15,862 nucleotides of DNA from Alphaproteobacteria bacterium SS10 (GTDB lineage: Bacteria > Pseudomonadota > Alphaproteobacteria > TMED2), in contig JAHCML010000005.1 in the NCBI GenBank assembly GCA_019192455.1, forward strand, positions 32,324-48,185, written 5' to 3'. The translations under genes and the position numbers were made by a program. The notes beneath the pieces are model-generated. The model ran no database searches, was not told where the DNA came from, and saw nothing but the letters and a program-made list of their open reading frames with translations. Positions within the stretch are counted from its first letter, which is position 1. Each line of letters opens with the position of its first letter. Shown in pieces: positions 1 through 7,891 of this stretch.

Positions 1-2
1 TC

Positions 3-587
3 GATGCCGATCATGTTCGATTGATCGCGAGCGAGGGGCCCAGCAATTGGCAACAACCACGCAGCATGCCACTCGCCGATGGTCGAACCTATCTCGACGG
101 CTTCGACAGCGTAATCCCACGTGGCGATATCTCGGTTGCTGGCAGCGTGCAGGGCGACAACATCACCATGGTTGCGGGCACGATTGAGATTGCAGGTGGC
201 GCCATGGGTGACATCGACCTGCAAGCCTCCCAAGGCGAAGTGGCGGCAATGCGCATCGCCGACGGTCTTGGGCTTAACTACGTCACCTATCCCGGTGATC
301 AGGATGTGCCACGCATCATGCGATCCTACGATCTGCCAGCAGAGATGGTCGCAGCACAGAGCATTCCAGACACTGACGTCACAGAGATGGGCCGCTGGCC
401 AATTCAGTCAGCCGAGGTATCGATCAGCATTGGCGGCATCACCGGCGATGAGGTCGTTATGCGCACACCGCGCGATGCCGCATTAGAACCAGCTGAACCT
501 AGTATCCTTGGTCAGGCCATTGCCGCTGTCGCTAATCGCCTGCCTGGATTTGATGGCATACCGGTACGGGCTGTTGGTGGGCCCTAG
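3..587 (+). CDS. Hypothetical beta-solenoid-like repeat protein, 5'-partial. It is a paralogue of the 1851-2819 product.
   Basis: The frame is open back to the window edge, with no stop between position 3 and the TTG at 21. The C-terminal 150 aa align with the C-terminus of the 1851-2819 protein: ITMVAGTIEIAGGAMGDIDLQASQGEVAA against IAITAGEITIGGEAQGQITLSASGGEVAG, and ISIGGITGDEVV against INIGGEVGPDVV. Short G-x-[IV]-x repeats resemble a bactofilin or beta-helix, but no homology search was possible. Confidence 0.5.
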   Translation, partial: DADHVRLIASEGPSNWQQPRSMPLADGRTYLDGFDSVIPRGDISVAGSVQGDNITMVAGTIEIAGGAMGDIDLQASQGEVAAMRIADGLGLNYVTYPGDQDVPRIMRSYDLPAEMVAAQSIPDTDVTEMGRWPIQSAEVSISIGGITGDEVVMRTPRDAALEPAEPSILGQAIAAVANRLPGFDGIPVRAVGGP

Positions 588-631
588 GGGCACGGACTGA
601 TTGACGTAAGTTGAGGTGTGGGGGCAGCTCA

Positions 632-1717
632 ATGGGGGCATTTCAAGGCAAGCAATTCCGAGGTGGCATCCTGCGTCAGCTATCCATGACGCGGGGCATC
701 ATCGGTGTTCTGTCTGCGCCGCTGCCAGTTGCCGCCGCTGGTGCAACCCATGAAACCCCAGCCATCACTGATCCAGATGCTGGCGTCCGCCTGAACAGTG
801 CGTCGCTTGAGCGTTGGCGCGCGAAGAACCGCGATAACTGCCTGATGCCGGGTGAGGCACCAGACAGCAAGACTGAGCAGCTGTTGAACAGGTTCTATGG
901 CTATATCCGTCAGTCAGAGCTCGCGGATCGGCTGTACCAAGATTTGTCTGGTGGTACCGCCACCCTTTGCACCAATGCAGCAACGAAAATCCCGGCATCA
1001 GCGGCCGCCATCTACCTCATTGGTCAGGACGCGGCGATCATCAACGCGAATGGTGCCGGTGGCCGCGTGGTGTTGAGTGGCCTGCATGAGCTTCGCCATG
1101 GGTGGCAGGATCAAAACCGCCTGCTTGACCGGATGTTGGCAGAGACGAAGCAGAACCGGTTTGCGGCCCTCTATATGGTTGAGGCGGATGCCGCTGCCTT
1201 CGCGGTTGCTGGCGCCTACCAGTTAAAGCAGGCCGGTGCGACGGAGGCCTGGGAGGCCGCGCAGAAGAGCCCAACCTATAAGCCGCTGACCGAGGCGTTT
1301 GAGCGTGAGATTGGCACGATCCCCGATGGTGCCAAGCTTTCCGATGGCCAGATCCGGCGCGGCATGCAGGGCGCCTTTCACGCTTGGTTCGACAACTCTG
1401 GTTTGGACAAGGCCTATACCGACCGACACCTAGAGGGTTGGCGTTCGGTCGCTGATAGCGGCATAGGGCGTGCTGTGAACATCCGACAGCTTGCGATGGA
1501 GCTGGGCAAGCTGCCCGGCAGTGGTGGCCGGCCAAGCCCCAGTTACATGGGCATTCAAGAGATCAAGAAGGCCCAGAGCCGGGCACTCGAATTGGTTGAG
1601 CGTCAGCAAACCTCGCCACGCGACAACCCGGTGGGCAATCCTTTACTGACCTCTGATGGCAAACCCGAGGGGCCCAAACGTGTGCCCGTGCCTGGCTCGT
1701 CCAGCGGCGCAATCTAA
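632..1717 (+). CDS. Hypothetical secreted protein with an HExxH zinc-metallopeptidase-like motif.
   Basis: Long ORF with GC-rich codon usage. An ATG at 632 is preceded by GAGGTG at 614-619. There is a hydrophobic N-terminal segment (IIGVLSAPLPVAAAGA). A LHELRHGW (HExxH) motif sits mid-protein, with a downstream Glu-rich region. The start is uncertain: ATG 632 or ATG 686. Confidence 0.55.
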   Translation: MGAFQGKQFRGGILRQLSMTRGIIGVLSAPLPVAAAGATHETPAITDPDAGVRLNSASLERWRAKNRDNCLMPGEAPDSKTEQLLNRFYGYIRQSELADRLYQDLSGGTATLCTNAATKIPASAAAIYLIGQDAAIINANGAGGRVVLSGLHELRHGWQDQNRLLDRMLAETKQNRFAALYMVEADAAAFAVAGAYQLKQAGATEAWEAAQKSPTYKPLTEAFEREIGTIPDGAKLSDGQIRRGMQGAFHAWFDNSGLDKAYTDRHLEGWRSVADSGIGRAVNIRQLAMELGKLPGSGGRPSPSYMGIQEIKKAQSRALELVERQQTSPRDNPVGNPLLTSDGKPEGPKRVPVPGSSSGAI

Positions 1718-1850
1718 CCCCGGCCATTGGTAGTCGGTCATAAGCCCGTACCGGCTTTCAGCAGGCAGGCGTATTTGTAGTGGATACCCAATCGGCATAG
1801 CCGTGCAGGCCCACGGGTTTTAAACCGCCAGACCGGGGATTGGATCAGCC

Positions 1851-2819
1851 ATGAGTGATGAACCAGACCAAGGCCAAAAGCCTAGCAAGACAGGAACCGG
1901 GGTCGCCCTTCCTGCCCTGCTTTTTACCGGTGTTGTTGGCGGTGCGGGCGCGGCTATCGCGATCTTTGGCAGTGGTCCGCAGGCCGAGTTAACCCCAACC
2001 GATATCGCGGCACAGCCGGCGGCGGTCACCATTGTTGAGGGTGACCCCAGCGCGGTCGCAGATGGGGCACTCGTCTATGATTTGGGGGATACGGCATTCA
2101 ATGACTGGCGGGCTGGCGGTACCAACCGCATCGTCTTGCCTGGTTCGGATATCCTGCCAGAGCTTGAGATTGATGCCAGCAAGGTTCAGTCGGGCATTTA
2201 TGAGTTTGAGGGCGATCTGACCATTCGTGGTGATCTCACCATGCCCTATACCGAGTTCCGCGCGAATAGCATTACCGTCACCGGTTCCGTCCGCGCCGAT
2301 CACGTCACGCTGACCGGGATCGAAGGGGAGGGTGAGAATGGCTTCCCGCAGTTTCGGGATGAGCATAGCGAGCACTATTACATCTACCATTGGAACCGTG
2401 AGTTTGAGCGCGGCAATGTGAGTGTGGCCCAGGACGTGATGGGTTACGGCATTGCCATTACTGCCGGTGAGATAACAATTGGTGGCGAGGCCCAGGGCCA
2501 AATCACCCTCTCTGCCTCAGGTGGTGAGGTCGCGGGTGTTTACCTGCATGATGATCACTACGGTGCTTACAAGGATGTAACTGAGGTGCGCGAGGATCAG
2601 ATCCCCGCTGAACATTTCTACTTCGATGAACGTCGGCCGCTTCGAGACACTCGCAGAGTGATTAATATCGGTGGTGAGGTCGGGCCCGATGTGGTGCAGC
2701 AGAGCACTGTGGAATGGACGCGTCAGCGCAATATCGCTGCCGGTATCGAGTTGCCGAATAACCCCTTGCCACCGCATCTTCGCCGCTACGGTGAGCCCGT
2801 CATTACGATGCGACCCTAG
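1851..2819 (+). CDS. Membrane-anchored beta-solenoid-like (bactofilin-like?) repeat protein.
   Basis: 322-aa ORF. The N-terminus has one predicted TM helix (VALPALLFTGVVGGAGAAIAIFG). Repeats include GDLTIRGDLTM, ITVTGSVRADHVTLTG and IAITAGEITIGGEAQGQITLSASGGEVAG. The C-terminal half is paralogous to ORF 3-587. Confidence 0.6.
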   Translation: MSDEPDQGQKPSKTGTGVALPALLFTGVVGGAGAAIAIFGSGPQAELTPTDIAAQPAAVTIVEGDPSAVADGALVYDLGDTAFNDWRAGGTNRIVLPGSDILPELEIDASKVQSGIYEFEGDLTIRGDLTMPYTEFRANSITVTGSVRADHVTLTGIEGEGENGFPQFRDEHSEHYYIYHWNREFERGNVSVAQDVMGYGIAITAGEITIGGEAQGQITLSASGGEVAGVYLHDDHYGAYKDVTEVREDQIPAEHFYFDERRPLRDTRRVINIGGEVGPDVVQQSTVEWTRQRNIAAGIELPNNPLPPHLRRYGEPVITMRP

Positions 2820-2839
2820 GCCGGGCCCAAAACAGATAT

Positions 2840-2871
2840 GGGGCCGCCACCCAATCAAAGGCGACGGCCCC
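2840..2871. terminator. GC-rich hairpin between convergent genes; a possible bidirectional terminator.
   Basis: ggggccg(cc)...(g)cggcccc inverted repeat, about 7-9 bp, between the stops at 2819 (+) and 2891 (-). Confidence 0.4.
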
Positions 2872-2890
2872 ATGCCCGGGGATTTGGCGC

Positions 2891-4042
2891 TTAAGCCTCA
2901 TCCCGCAGCTTGACCAGATCGTTCAGCAGGCCGTCGGTACCGTTGGTTACGGTCAGCCGTTCGACCTTACCGGCAATCGTTTCAAGCGCTTCCAGCTCTT
3001 TCAGCCGCAGCATCACTGGGTTTTCAGCGATGACCTTGGCCGTGTTCAGCAGCGACCGGGTGGCGTTTGTTTCCTCCCGCCGCTTGATCACGCTGGCCTC
3101 GGCCTGTTTCTCGGCTGCGACCACGGTGTTCAGGATGTCCCGCATCTCACCCGGCAGGACGACGTCCTTTAGGGTGATATCCGAGACCTCGACACCGATC
3201 TTGGCGAGATCGGCCCGGATCTTGTCGAGCGCCAGAGCATCGACCGTCGCCTTGTTTTCAAGGATCTGGTCGAGGGTCTTGGCACCCAGCTCTTTCCGAA
3301 ACACGGTTTGTAGCGACCGGTACAGGACGTCTTGGAAGTCCTTAACGTCCGTAACGGCAGCCACCGGGTCCGTGACTTGGTAGGTGGCGGTGACATTGAT
3401 CCGGATGGTCACCCGGTCCTTGGTCAGGAGTTCCTGACCAGTGACGTCGAGTGCCTGCACCCGGCCATCAATGACTTTCACCTCCACCGACCGGCCAGCC
3501 CGCCAGAAGCCGTAGGCCCCAGGCTTGAGCACCCGATCCAGGACACCGTCGACGAACACCAGACCGGTTTCACCATCGGCGATGGTGGCCAGGGTAGCGA
3601 GACCGGTGAGGTTGGTTTTCGTCAGTCGCCGCAGCAGCGGGCCCTTGATCACCATATCCTCCACCGCATCGGTGACGGTTGCCGTCCATGGGCCAGCTTC
3701 GGTCCAGAGGACCAGCCGCTGATCCGGGCCCAGCACTTGGAAGACCCGGCCATCCTGCTCGATGACGGCCACCTCTTGCGGGCCGGTTGTCACCAGCGTC
3801 AGCTGCTCGGCCGCGATATCAGGGAGCCTATCGAACAGGGCGGTCTCGTAGCTGGAGACTAGGACAGCCTCGGTCAGCTCGGCCCATTCCAGATCAAGCC
3901 GATGCCCGCGTGAAGGCAGCCAGTATTCACCTGGCATCAGGATGTCCCTCAGCTGACCCTTGTCGAGCCAGATGGCCCGCTCGGTCTCGTTCACGATCAC
4001 CCGGGTTCTACCGGTGATCCATTCTTTCAGTTTGATCATCAT
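2891..4042 (-). CDS. SPFH (band-7, stomatin/prohibitin-like) domain protein with an N-terminal extension of about 170 aa.
   Basis: The C-terminal 200 aa show the typical SPFH pattern: RVTIRINVTATYQVTDPVAA, FRKELGAKTLDQILENK, IGVEVSDITLKDVVLPGEMRDIL and AEKQAEASVIKRREETNA. ATGATG start at 4042 with an AGGAG Shine-Dalgarno sequence about 9 nt upstream. No TM helix is evident. Confidence 0.85.
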   Translation of the reverse strand: MMIKLKEWITGRTRVIVNETERAIWLDKGQLRDILMPGEYWLPSRGHRLDLEWAELTEAVLVSSYETALFDRLPDIAAEQLTLVTTGPQEVAVIEQDGRVFQVLGPDQRLVLWTEAGPWTATVTDAVEDMVIKGPLLRRLTKTNLTGLATLATIADGETGLVFVDGVLDRVLKPGAYGFWRAGRSVEVKVIDGRVQALDVTGQELLTKDRVTIRINVTATYQVTDPVAAVTDVKDFQDVLYRSLQTVFRKELGAKTLDQILENKATVDALALDKIRADLAKIGVEVSDITLKDVVLPGEMRDILNTVVAAEKQAEASVIKRREETNATRSLLNTAKVIAENPVMLRLKELEALETIAGKVERLTVTNGTDGLLNDLVKLRDEA

Positions 4043-4247
4043 CGTTCTTACTCCTGTTTCATCGCTTCGCGGCTTTGCTAACGCACGGGCGATACTCCTT
4101 TGGTTGTTTATCGAGGGCTGGTTGATGGGCCCGGGCCGCCGCCCTCGAATGAAGACAGCCCGGGTGTTCCGATTACGTGTTCGAACCTTGTGTTCGGAAA
4201 TTCTGGGAGACGCTCAAAGGCGCCCGGATGGCCGGGGGCAACCCCTG

Positions 4248-4300
4248 GTCACGGGTCGATGGGCGCGAGATCCGCGGTCGATGCCCCAGCGCCCGTGACC
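4248..4300. promoter_or_regulatory. Structured inverted repeat in the SPFH upstream region.
   Basis: Perfect 9-bp inverted repeat ggtcacggg (4248-4256) / cccgtgacc (4292-4300) encloses 35 nt that contain a direct 8-mer repeat, ggtcgatg, twice. It lies about 210-250 bp upstream of the SPFH start. Confidence 0.25.
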
Positions 4301-4528
4301 GATCTGCCAGGGCGATGCCTGGTCAATCAGGTGTTGGGGGTTGGGGCACGGAACCGGCGGCTCGGGCCGCAAAGACCGGCAGCTGGGGGAGGGTTGTGTT
4401 GCCCTGCTCGCTAGACCCCGACGCTGTTCACCAATGGTAAATTCCCAAGGGCAATCAACGCCGGCGCGTTGCAGGGCGCGGCAACATCCCGTCCATCCGG
4501 GCTAGTTTTGGAGACCGTCACAGGGTCG

Positions 4529-4600
4529 TGCAAAGCGTGGGAATCGAACCCACAACAATCAGATCCTGAGTCTGATGCTCTACCGTTGAGCTAGCTTGCT
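4529..4600 (-). tRNA. tRNA-like element or tRNA pseudogene: class-I cloverleaf with anticodon CAG and a defective acceptor stem.
   Basis: The minus strand reads AGCAAGC-TA-GCTC-AACGGTA-GAGC-A-TCAGA-CTCAGGA-TCTGA-TTGTT-GTGGG-TTCGATT-CCCAC-GCTTTGC-A (72 nt). D-arm, anticodon arm, 5-nt variable loop and T-arm are canonical. The acceptor pairs only if one A is added to the 5' strand (GCAAGC against GCTTTGC). CAG would decode Leu, but Leu tRNAs are class II with a long variable arm. Confidence 0.45.
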
Positions 4601-4975
4601 GGGACGATTGGATATCGTCGGCAAATCGACCAGACCGATGGCGCATCCAAACATGGGCCGTGGCAGTGCCAAGCCATGTGGGCGAGTAAATTTTGAAACT
4701 CTGACCATGTGTCACCTCCGGGTTATTCCGGTCGAGGGTCGCGGTGGATACGCGAAACACGAATCACTGGCAACAAGAAATTTTCGGGCCCTAGCTGTCT
4801 TGTTCTGGGTGTTGGGTCGGATTTGGCAATAAAACATCACCAGACATCGCATGTTCAGAATGAATATTTCGATCTATAAGTAATCATCGTATCATTCATT
4901 GCGTTTTTTGAATGCGTTGCAAAAAGCTATTGGCGGAAAGTGCCGGTGCTGGCAGCCTAATAGAACAGATCGCCG

Positions 4976-5003
4976 ATGGGCGGCGATCTTTGTTCAACTC
5001 GAA
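4976..5003 (+). terminator. Orphan intrinsic-terminator-like hairpin.
   Basis: agatcgccg-atggg-cggcgatct (9-bp perfect stem, 5-nt loop) followed by tttgtt. There is no upstream plus-strand CDS. Confidence 0.35.
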
Positions 5004-5564
5004 CGCAACCGATTGTTAGAACCACTAGGGAGAGCTCGATGCATAGTTATGTATCCATTCACATGTGCTCCACCGGCTTTGGTTCTGAGCTTGTCTTAAC
5101 CGACCGTCCGAATAAGGGACGCCTCCGTTAACACCCGCTCGGTCCAACCGGAAACGCTTACCAACCTTCCGGGTTTGGACGATTAAACGACGATTGGTTT
5201 GCCCCAGTTACACTTGCTGGGACCCAATTCCGCAAAATTGATCAGGATGTCTGGCTTAGGTCGTATTGCGACCTTGCTTTGCTACCCCTCACGCTACCGG
5301 TGTCTCGATATGCCGGTTACGGGACGCATAACCGCCATCAATCCATCCAATCCCGGCCATGGGTGCGCCGATCTTTAGTGATCTACAGCGCACATGGAAT
5401 GGGCCGAGCGTTTGTTAGAGCACGCGATCCACCACCAATGCGTCTGAGCGTCGGCGGTGATGATCGCCATCCATCAAGGGTATTGATTATTTGAAGAAGG
5501 GAGTACGGCCAGCTACGGACCCCACTAAGCAAAGGCTTAGATACAAGGTTTAGGGGTCGGCCGT

Positions 5565-7520
5565 ATGAAGATGATGGCTGAAGATTTTGATGATGATTTA
5601 GATGACCAGGGCGACCATGACCGTACCGGTCGTATGAGAAGCCGCAGTGAATCCGCGGCCCTCTACGCCAAGACATGGGCGTTCTCTTGGAACTACTGGC
5701 GCCAGCACCCCAAGCTGTTTTGGGGCGTGTTTGCCATGACCTGCCTCATGATTGCGGCGGATGTGGTGTCACCTTGGCTGGCCGGCTCGATCGTTGATGC
5801 GATCGTGGTTGATGCCAGTGCCAGCACTGCCCTCTGGGCGGTGGCCGGTTATGTGGGGATCATGGCGCTTTTCCATGGTTCCAAGCACATCACCGAGCAG
5901 CTTTGGATCCGGCTGGCGCCGATGTGTATGGAGCAAATCGTCAATGATGCGTTCCAACGCGTGCAGCGCTTCTCCTCGGACTGGCATGCGAACAGCTTTG
6001 CCGGTGCCGTGGTCCGCAAGATTACCCGCGGTAAGTGGGGCTTCGACCTTTATGGCGATACCCTGCTTTGGGGAGTGTTTCCCGCTGCGGTGATCTTGAT
6101 CGGCTGTACCCTCGCCCTTGCCATCCAGTGGTGGCAGGTGGGCCTCTTCGTTGGGGTGACCGGGGCGATCTATGTGGTGGTCAGCGTGATGATGGCCGTC
6201 CATTGGATCGGACCGGCAAACCAGCAGCAGGTGGCCCAGGACAGCAAGATCTCGGGCCTGTTGGCTGACGCCCTCGGCTGTAATGCCGTGGTGAAGGCCT
6301 TCGGTTCTGAGGCGCGGGAGGATCGCCGCATCGCTAAGGCGGCGCGCCTCTGGCACTTGCGGGCCCGGCGTAGCTTGGGTCGGGCCGTTGGCTCAGGCGG
6401 GTTCCAGTCCATCATGGTGACCATCATGATGGCGGGCGCGTTGAGCCTGGCAATCTGGCTCTGGCATGTGGGCCAGGCGACCAGCGGCGATATCGTCGTG
6501 ATCATGTCGACCATCCATGTGGTCAACGCCTATCTGCGGTTTGTTGGGCAGCATGCCGAGCATCTGCAGAAGTCGGTGAACGAGATGGAAGATGTGATCC
6601 GCTTCATGGACCAAGAGATCGCGGTCCGTGATGTGCCCGGGGCCCCACCTTTCCAGGCGGCTGTTAATGACAGTCAAGAGGGCGGTGGTGCTAAGGGCGG
6701 TGAGATCCGCTTTGAGGGTGTGACCTTCCGCTATGGCGGGCAGGTGGACCCGCTCTACCGTGATTTCGATCTGGCGATTAAGCCGGGCGAGCGGGTGGGG
6801 CTGGTTGGGCCTTCGGGCTCAGGTAAGTCGACCTTCGTGAAGCTGTTGCAGCGGCTTTACGATTTGAATGATGGGCGGATCGTGATCGACGGTCAGGATA
6901 TCGCACTCGTTCAACAGTCGAGCTTGCGCCGTGCGCTTGCCATGGTCCCGCAGGAGCCGGTGCTGTTCCACCGTTCGCTCGCCGAGAACATCGCCTATGG
7001 ACGGCCAGGTGCCGGCCGGGCGGCGATCGAGGCAGCGGCGCGGGAGGCCCTCGCCCATGACTTCATCATGCGCCTACCCCAGGGTTACGACACCCTGGTC
7101 GGTGAGCGCGGCGTGAAGCTCTCGGGTGGTGAGCGACAACGGGTGGCAATTGCCCGCGCGTTGTTGGCCGATGCACCGGTCCTGATCTTGGATGAGGCCA
7201 CGGCGGCGCTGGACAGCATCGCCGAGGCGGAAATCCAGCGGGCCCTGGGTCGCTTGATGGCCGGTCGGACCACGCTCGTCGTGGCCCACCGTCTGGCAAC
7301 GGTTCAGGGGATGGACCGGATCCTGGTGTTCAACCAGGGCCGGATCGTCGAGGAGGGCAGCCATGCGGCCCTGCTGCAAAGAGAGGGTGGCCACTACCGC
7401 GCCCTGTTTGAGGAGCAGGCCCTGGGCCTAATGGATGGCCTAGACGCCAGCCAGAAGGCAGCCCTACTAGCCGGCCAAGCGCCAGCCATTGAGGCACATC
7501 TAAAAAACGGCGCTGCGTAA
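5565..7520 (+). CDS. ABC transporter, fused permease/ATP-binding protein (type I exporter, MsbA-like).
   Basis: 651 aa. The N-terminal half has multiple hydrophobic TM segments. The nucleotide-binding domain has Walker A GPSGSGKST, ABC signature LSGGERQRVAIARAL, Walker B ILDEAT and H-loop VVAHRL. There is an acidic N-terminal extension (DFDDDLDDQGDHD). Confidence 0.9.
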   Translation: MKMMAEDFDDDLDDQGDHDRTGRMRSRSESAALYAKTWAFSWNYWRQHPKLFWGVFAMTCLMIAADVVSPWLAGSIVDAIVVDASASTALWAVAGYVGIMALFHGSKHITEQLWIRLAPMCMEQIVNDAFQRVQRFSSDWHANSFAGAVVRKITRGKWGFDLYGDTLLWGVFPAAVILIGCTLALAIQWWQVGLFVGVTGAIYVVVSVMMAVHWIGPANQQQVAQDSKISGLLADALGCNAVVKAFGSEAREDRRIAKAARLWHLRARRSLGRAVGSGGFQSIMVTIMMAGALSLAIWLWHVGQATSGDIVVIMSTIHVVNAYLRFVGQHAEHLQKSVNEMEDVIRFMDQEIAVRDVPGAPPFQAAVNDSQEGGGAKGGEIRFEGVTFRYGGQVDPLYRDFDLAIKPGERVGLVGPSGSGKSTFVKLLQRLYDLNDGRIVIDGQDIALVQQSSLRRALAMVPQEPVLFHRSLAENIAYGRPGAGRAAIEAAAREALAHDFIMRLPQGYDTLVGERGVKLSGGERQRVAIARALLADAPVLILDEATAALDSIAEAEIQRALGRLMAGRTTLVVAHRLATVQGMDRILVFNQGRIVEEGSHAALLQREGGHYRALFEEQALGLMDGLDASQKAALLAGQAPAIEAHLKNGAA

Positions 7521-7533
7521 TAGCGGTGTTAGG

Positions 7534-7565
7534 AAGCCCGGGGGTCAATGCTCCCGGGCTTTTCC
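7534..7565 (+). terminator. Rho-independent terminator of the ABC transporter gene.
   Basis: aagcccggg-ggtcaatgct-cccgggctt followed by tttcc, 14 nt after the stop codon. Confidence 0.65.
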
Positions 7566-7602
7566 TGCTTCACATCAGAATAAAGTATACGATAAGTATT
7601 TT

Positions 7603-7693
7603 TGGTGGGTCGCCAAGGAATCGAACCTCTCGCTGTAACCACCCCAAGATTTTACAGCACAGCGTTTACAGCGCCGCATGGGGAAAGCGACCC
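7603..7693 (-). tRNA. tRNA-derived element (91 nt, CCA encoded): Tyr-like anticodon stem-loop, no foldable D-arm, oversized variable hairpin. Probably a pseudo-tRNA or remnant.
   Basis: The minus strand reads GGGTCGC...GCGACCC-A-CCA, a perfect 7-bp acceptor, with T-arm AGAGG-TTCGATT-CCTTG. The internal hairpin CGGCG-CTGTAAA-CGCTG gives anticodon GTA. Only 7 nt separate acceptor and anticodon arm, so there is no D-arm. The motif GCTGTAAA is duplicated and forms a 7-bp variable hairpin. Confidence 0.45.
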
Positions 7694-7843
7694 AAGAGTA
7701 ACTAATTTTGATGTGTGAATTTGGCACGCAGTCTCACCGCAGCGGGATTTTCCCGCTGCGCTAAAAATTAACTGCAATAATAATATATAAGAGCGTGCAT
7801 AGCCCGATAAATGACCGTTTTTTAATCGTAAGTCAAATTTAAA

Positions 7844-7861
7844 TTCGATGTATTTACATCG
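7844..7861 (-). terminator. Putative terminator hairpin of the AT-rich orphan gene.
   Basis: tcgatgt-attt-acatcga (7-bp stem) lies 30 nt downstream of the stop at 7892 on the minus strand and is followed by an A/T-rich tract (auuuaaauuu). Confidence 0.35.
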
Positions 7862-7891
7862 AGCGGCCCTAGCGTCGGTTGGCCAATGGCT

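Noticed and set aside
1041-1535. Antisense and alternate-frame ORFs of 60-195 aa inside GC-rich genes (e.g. 1041-1535 -, 5769-6356 -, 6170-6526 -, 10195-10734 -, 3332-3862 +, 13608-14069 +).
   Set aside because: They are Arg/Pro/Ala-rich translations typical of off-frame reading of high-GC coding DNA. They sit entirely inside better-supported genes with recognisable motifs.
4043-4520. Overlapping plus-strand ORFs (3960-4298, 4100-4414, 4177-4440) in the SPFH upstream region.
   Set aside because: They are mutually overlapping, have no Shine-Dalgarno sequence and are low-complexity Gly/Pro/Arg-rich. They are more likely a non-coding promoter or leader region.
4595-5223. The 11-mer cttgctgggac occurs at the 5' end of tRNA-like element 1 and again at 5213-5223. 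It was considered as a possible att-site duplication.
   Set aside because: Only 11 bp match, and chance 11-mer repeats are expected many times in 16 kb. It lies at the tRNA 5' end rather than at the 3' end used by integrases.
4529-7693. The two tRNA-like elements were considered as direct repeats bounding an island that contains the ABC transporter.
   Set aside because: They share only the generic GGTTCGATTCC T-loop consensus and are different tRNA types. There is no extended identity.
7738-7761. The inverted repeat gcagcggga-tttt-cccgctgc was considered as a terminator.
   Set aside because: It has no U-tract on either strand in the right orientation. It may be a structural or recombination element of the islet, but there is no evidence for a function.
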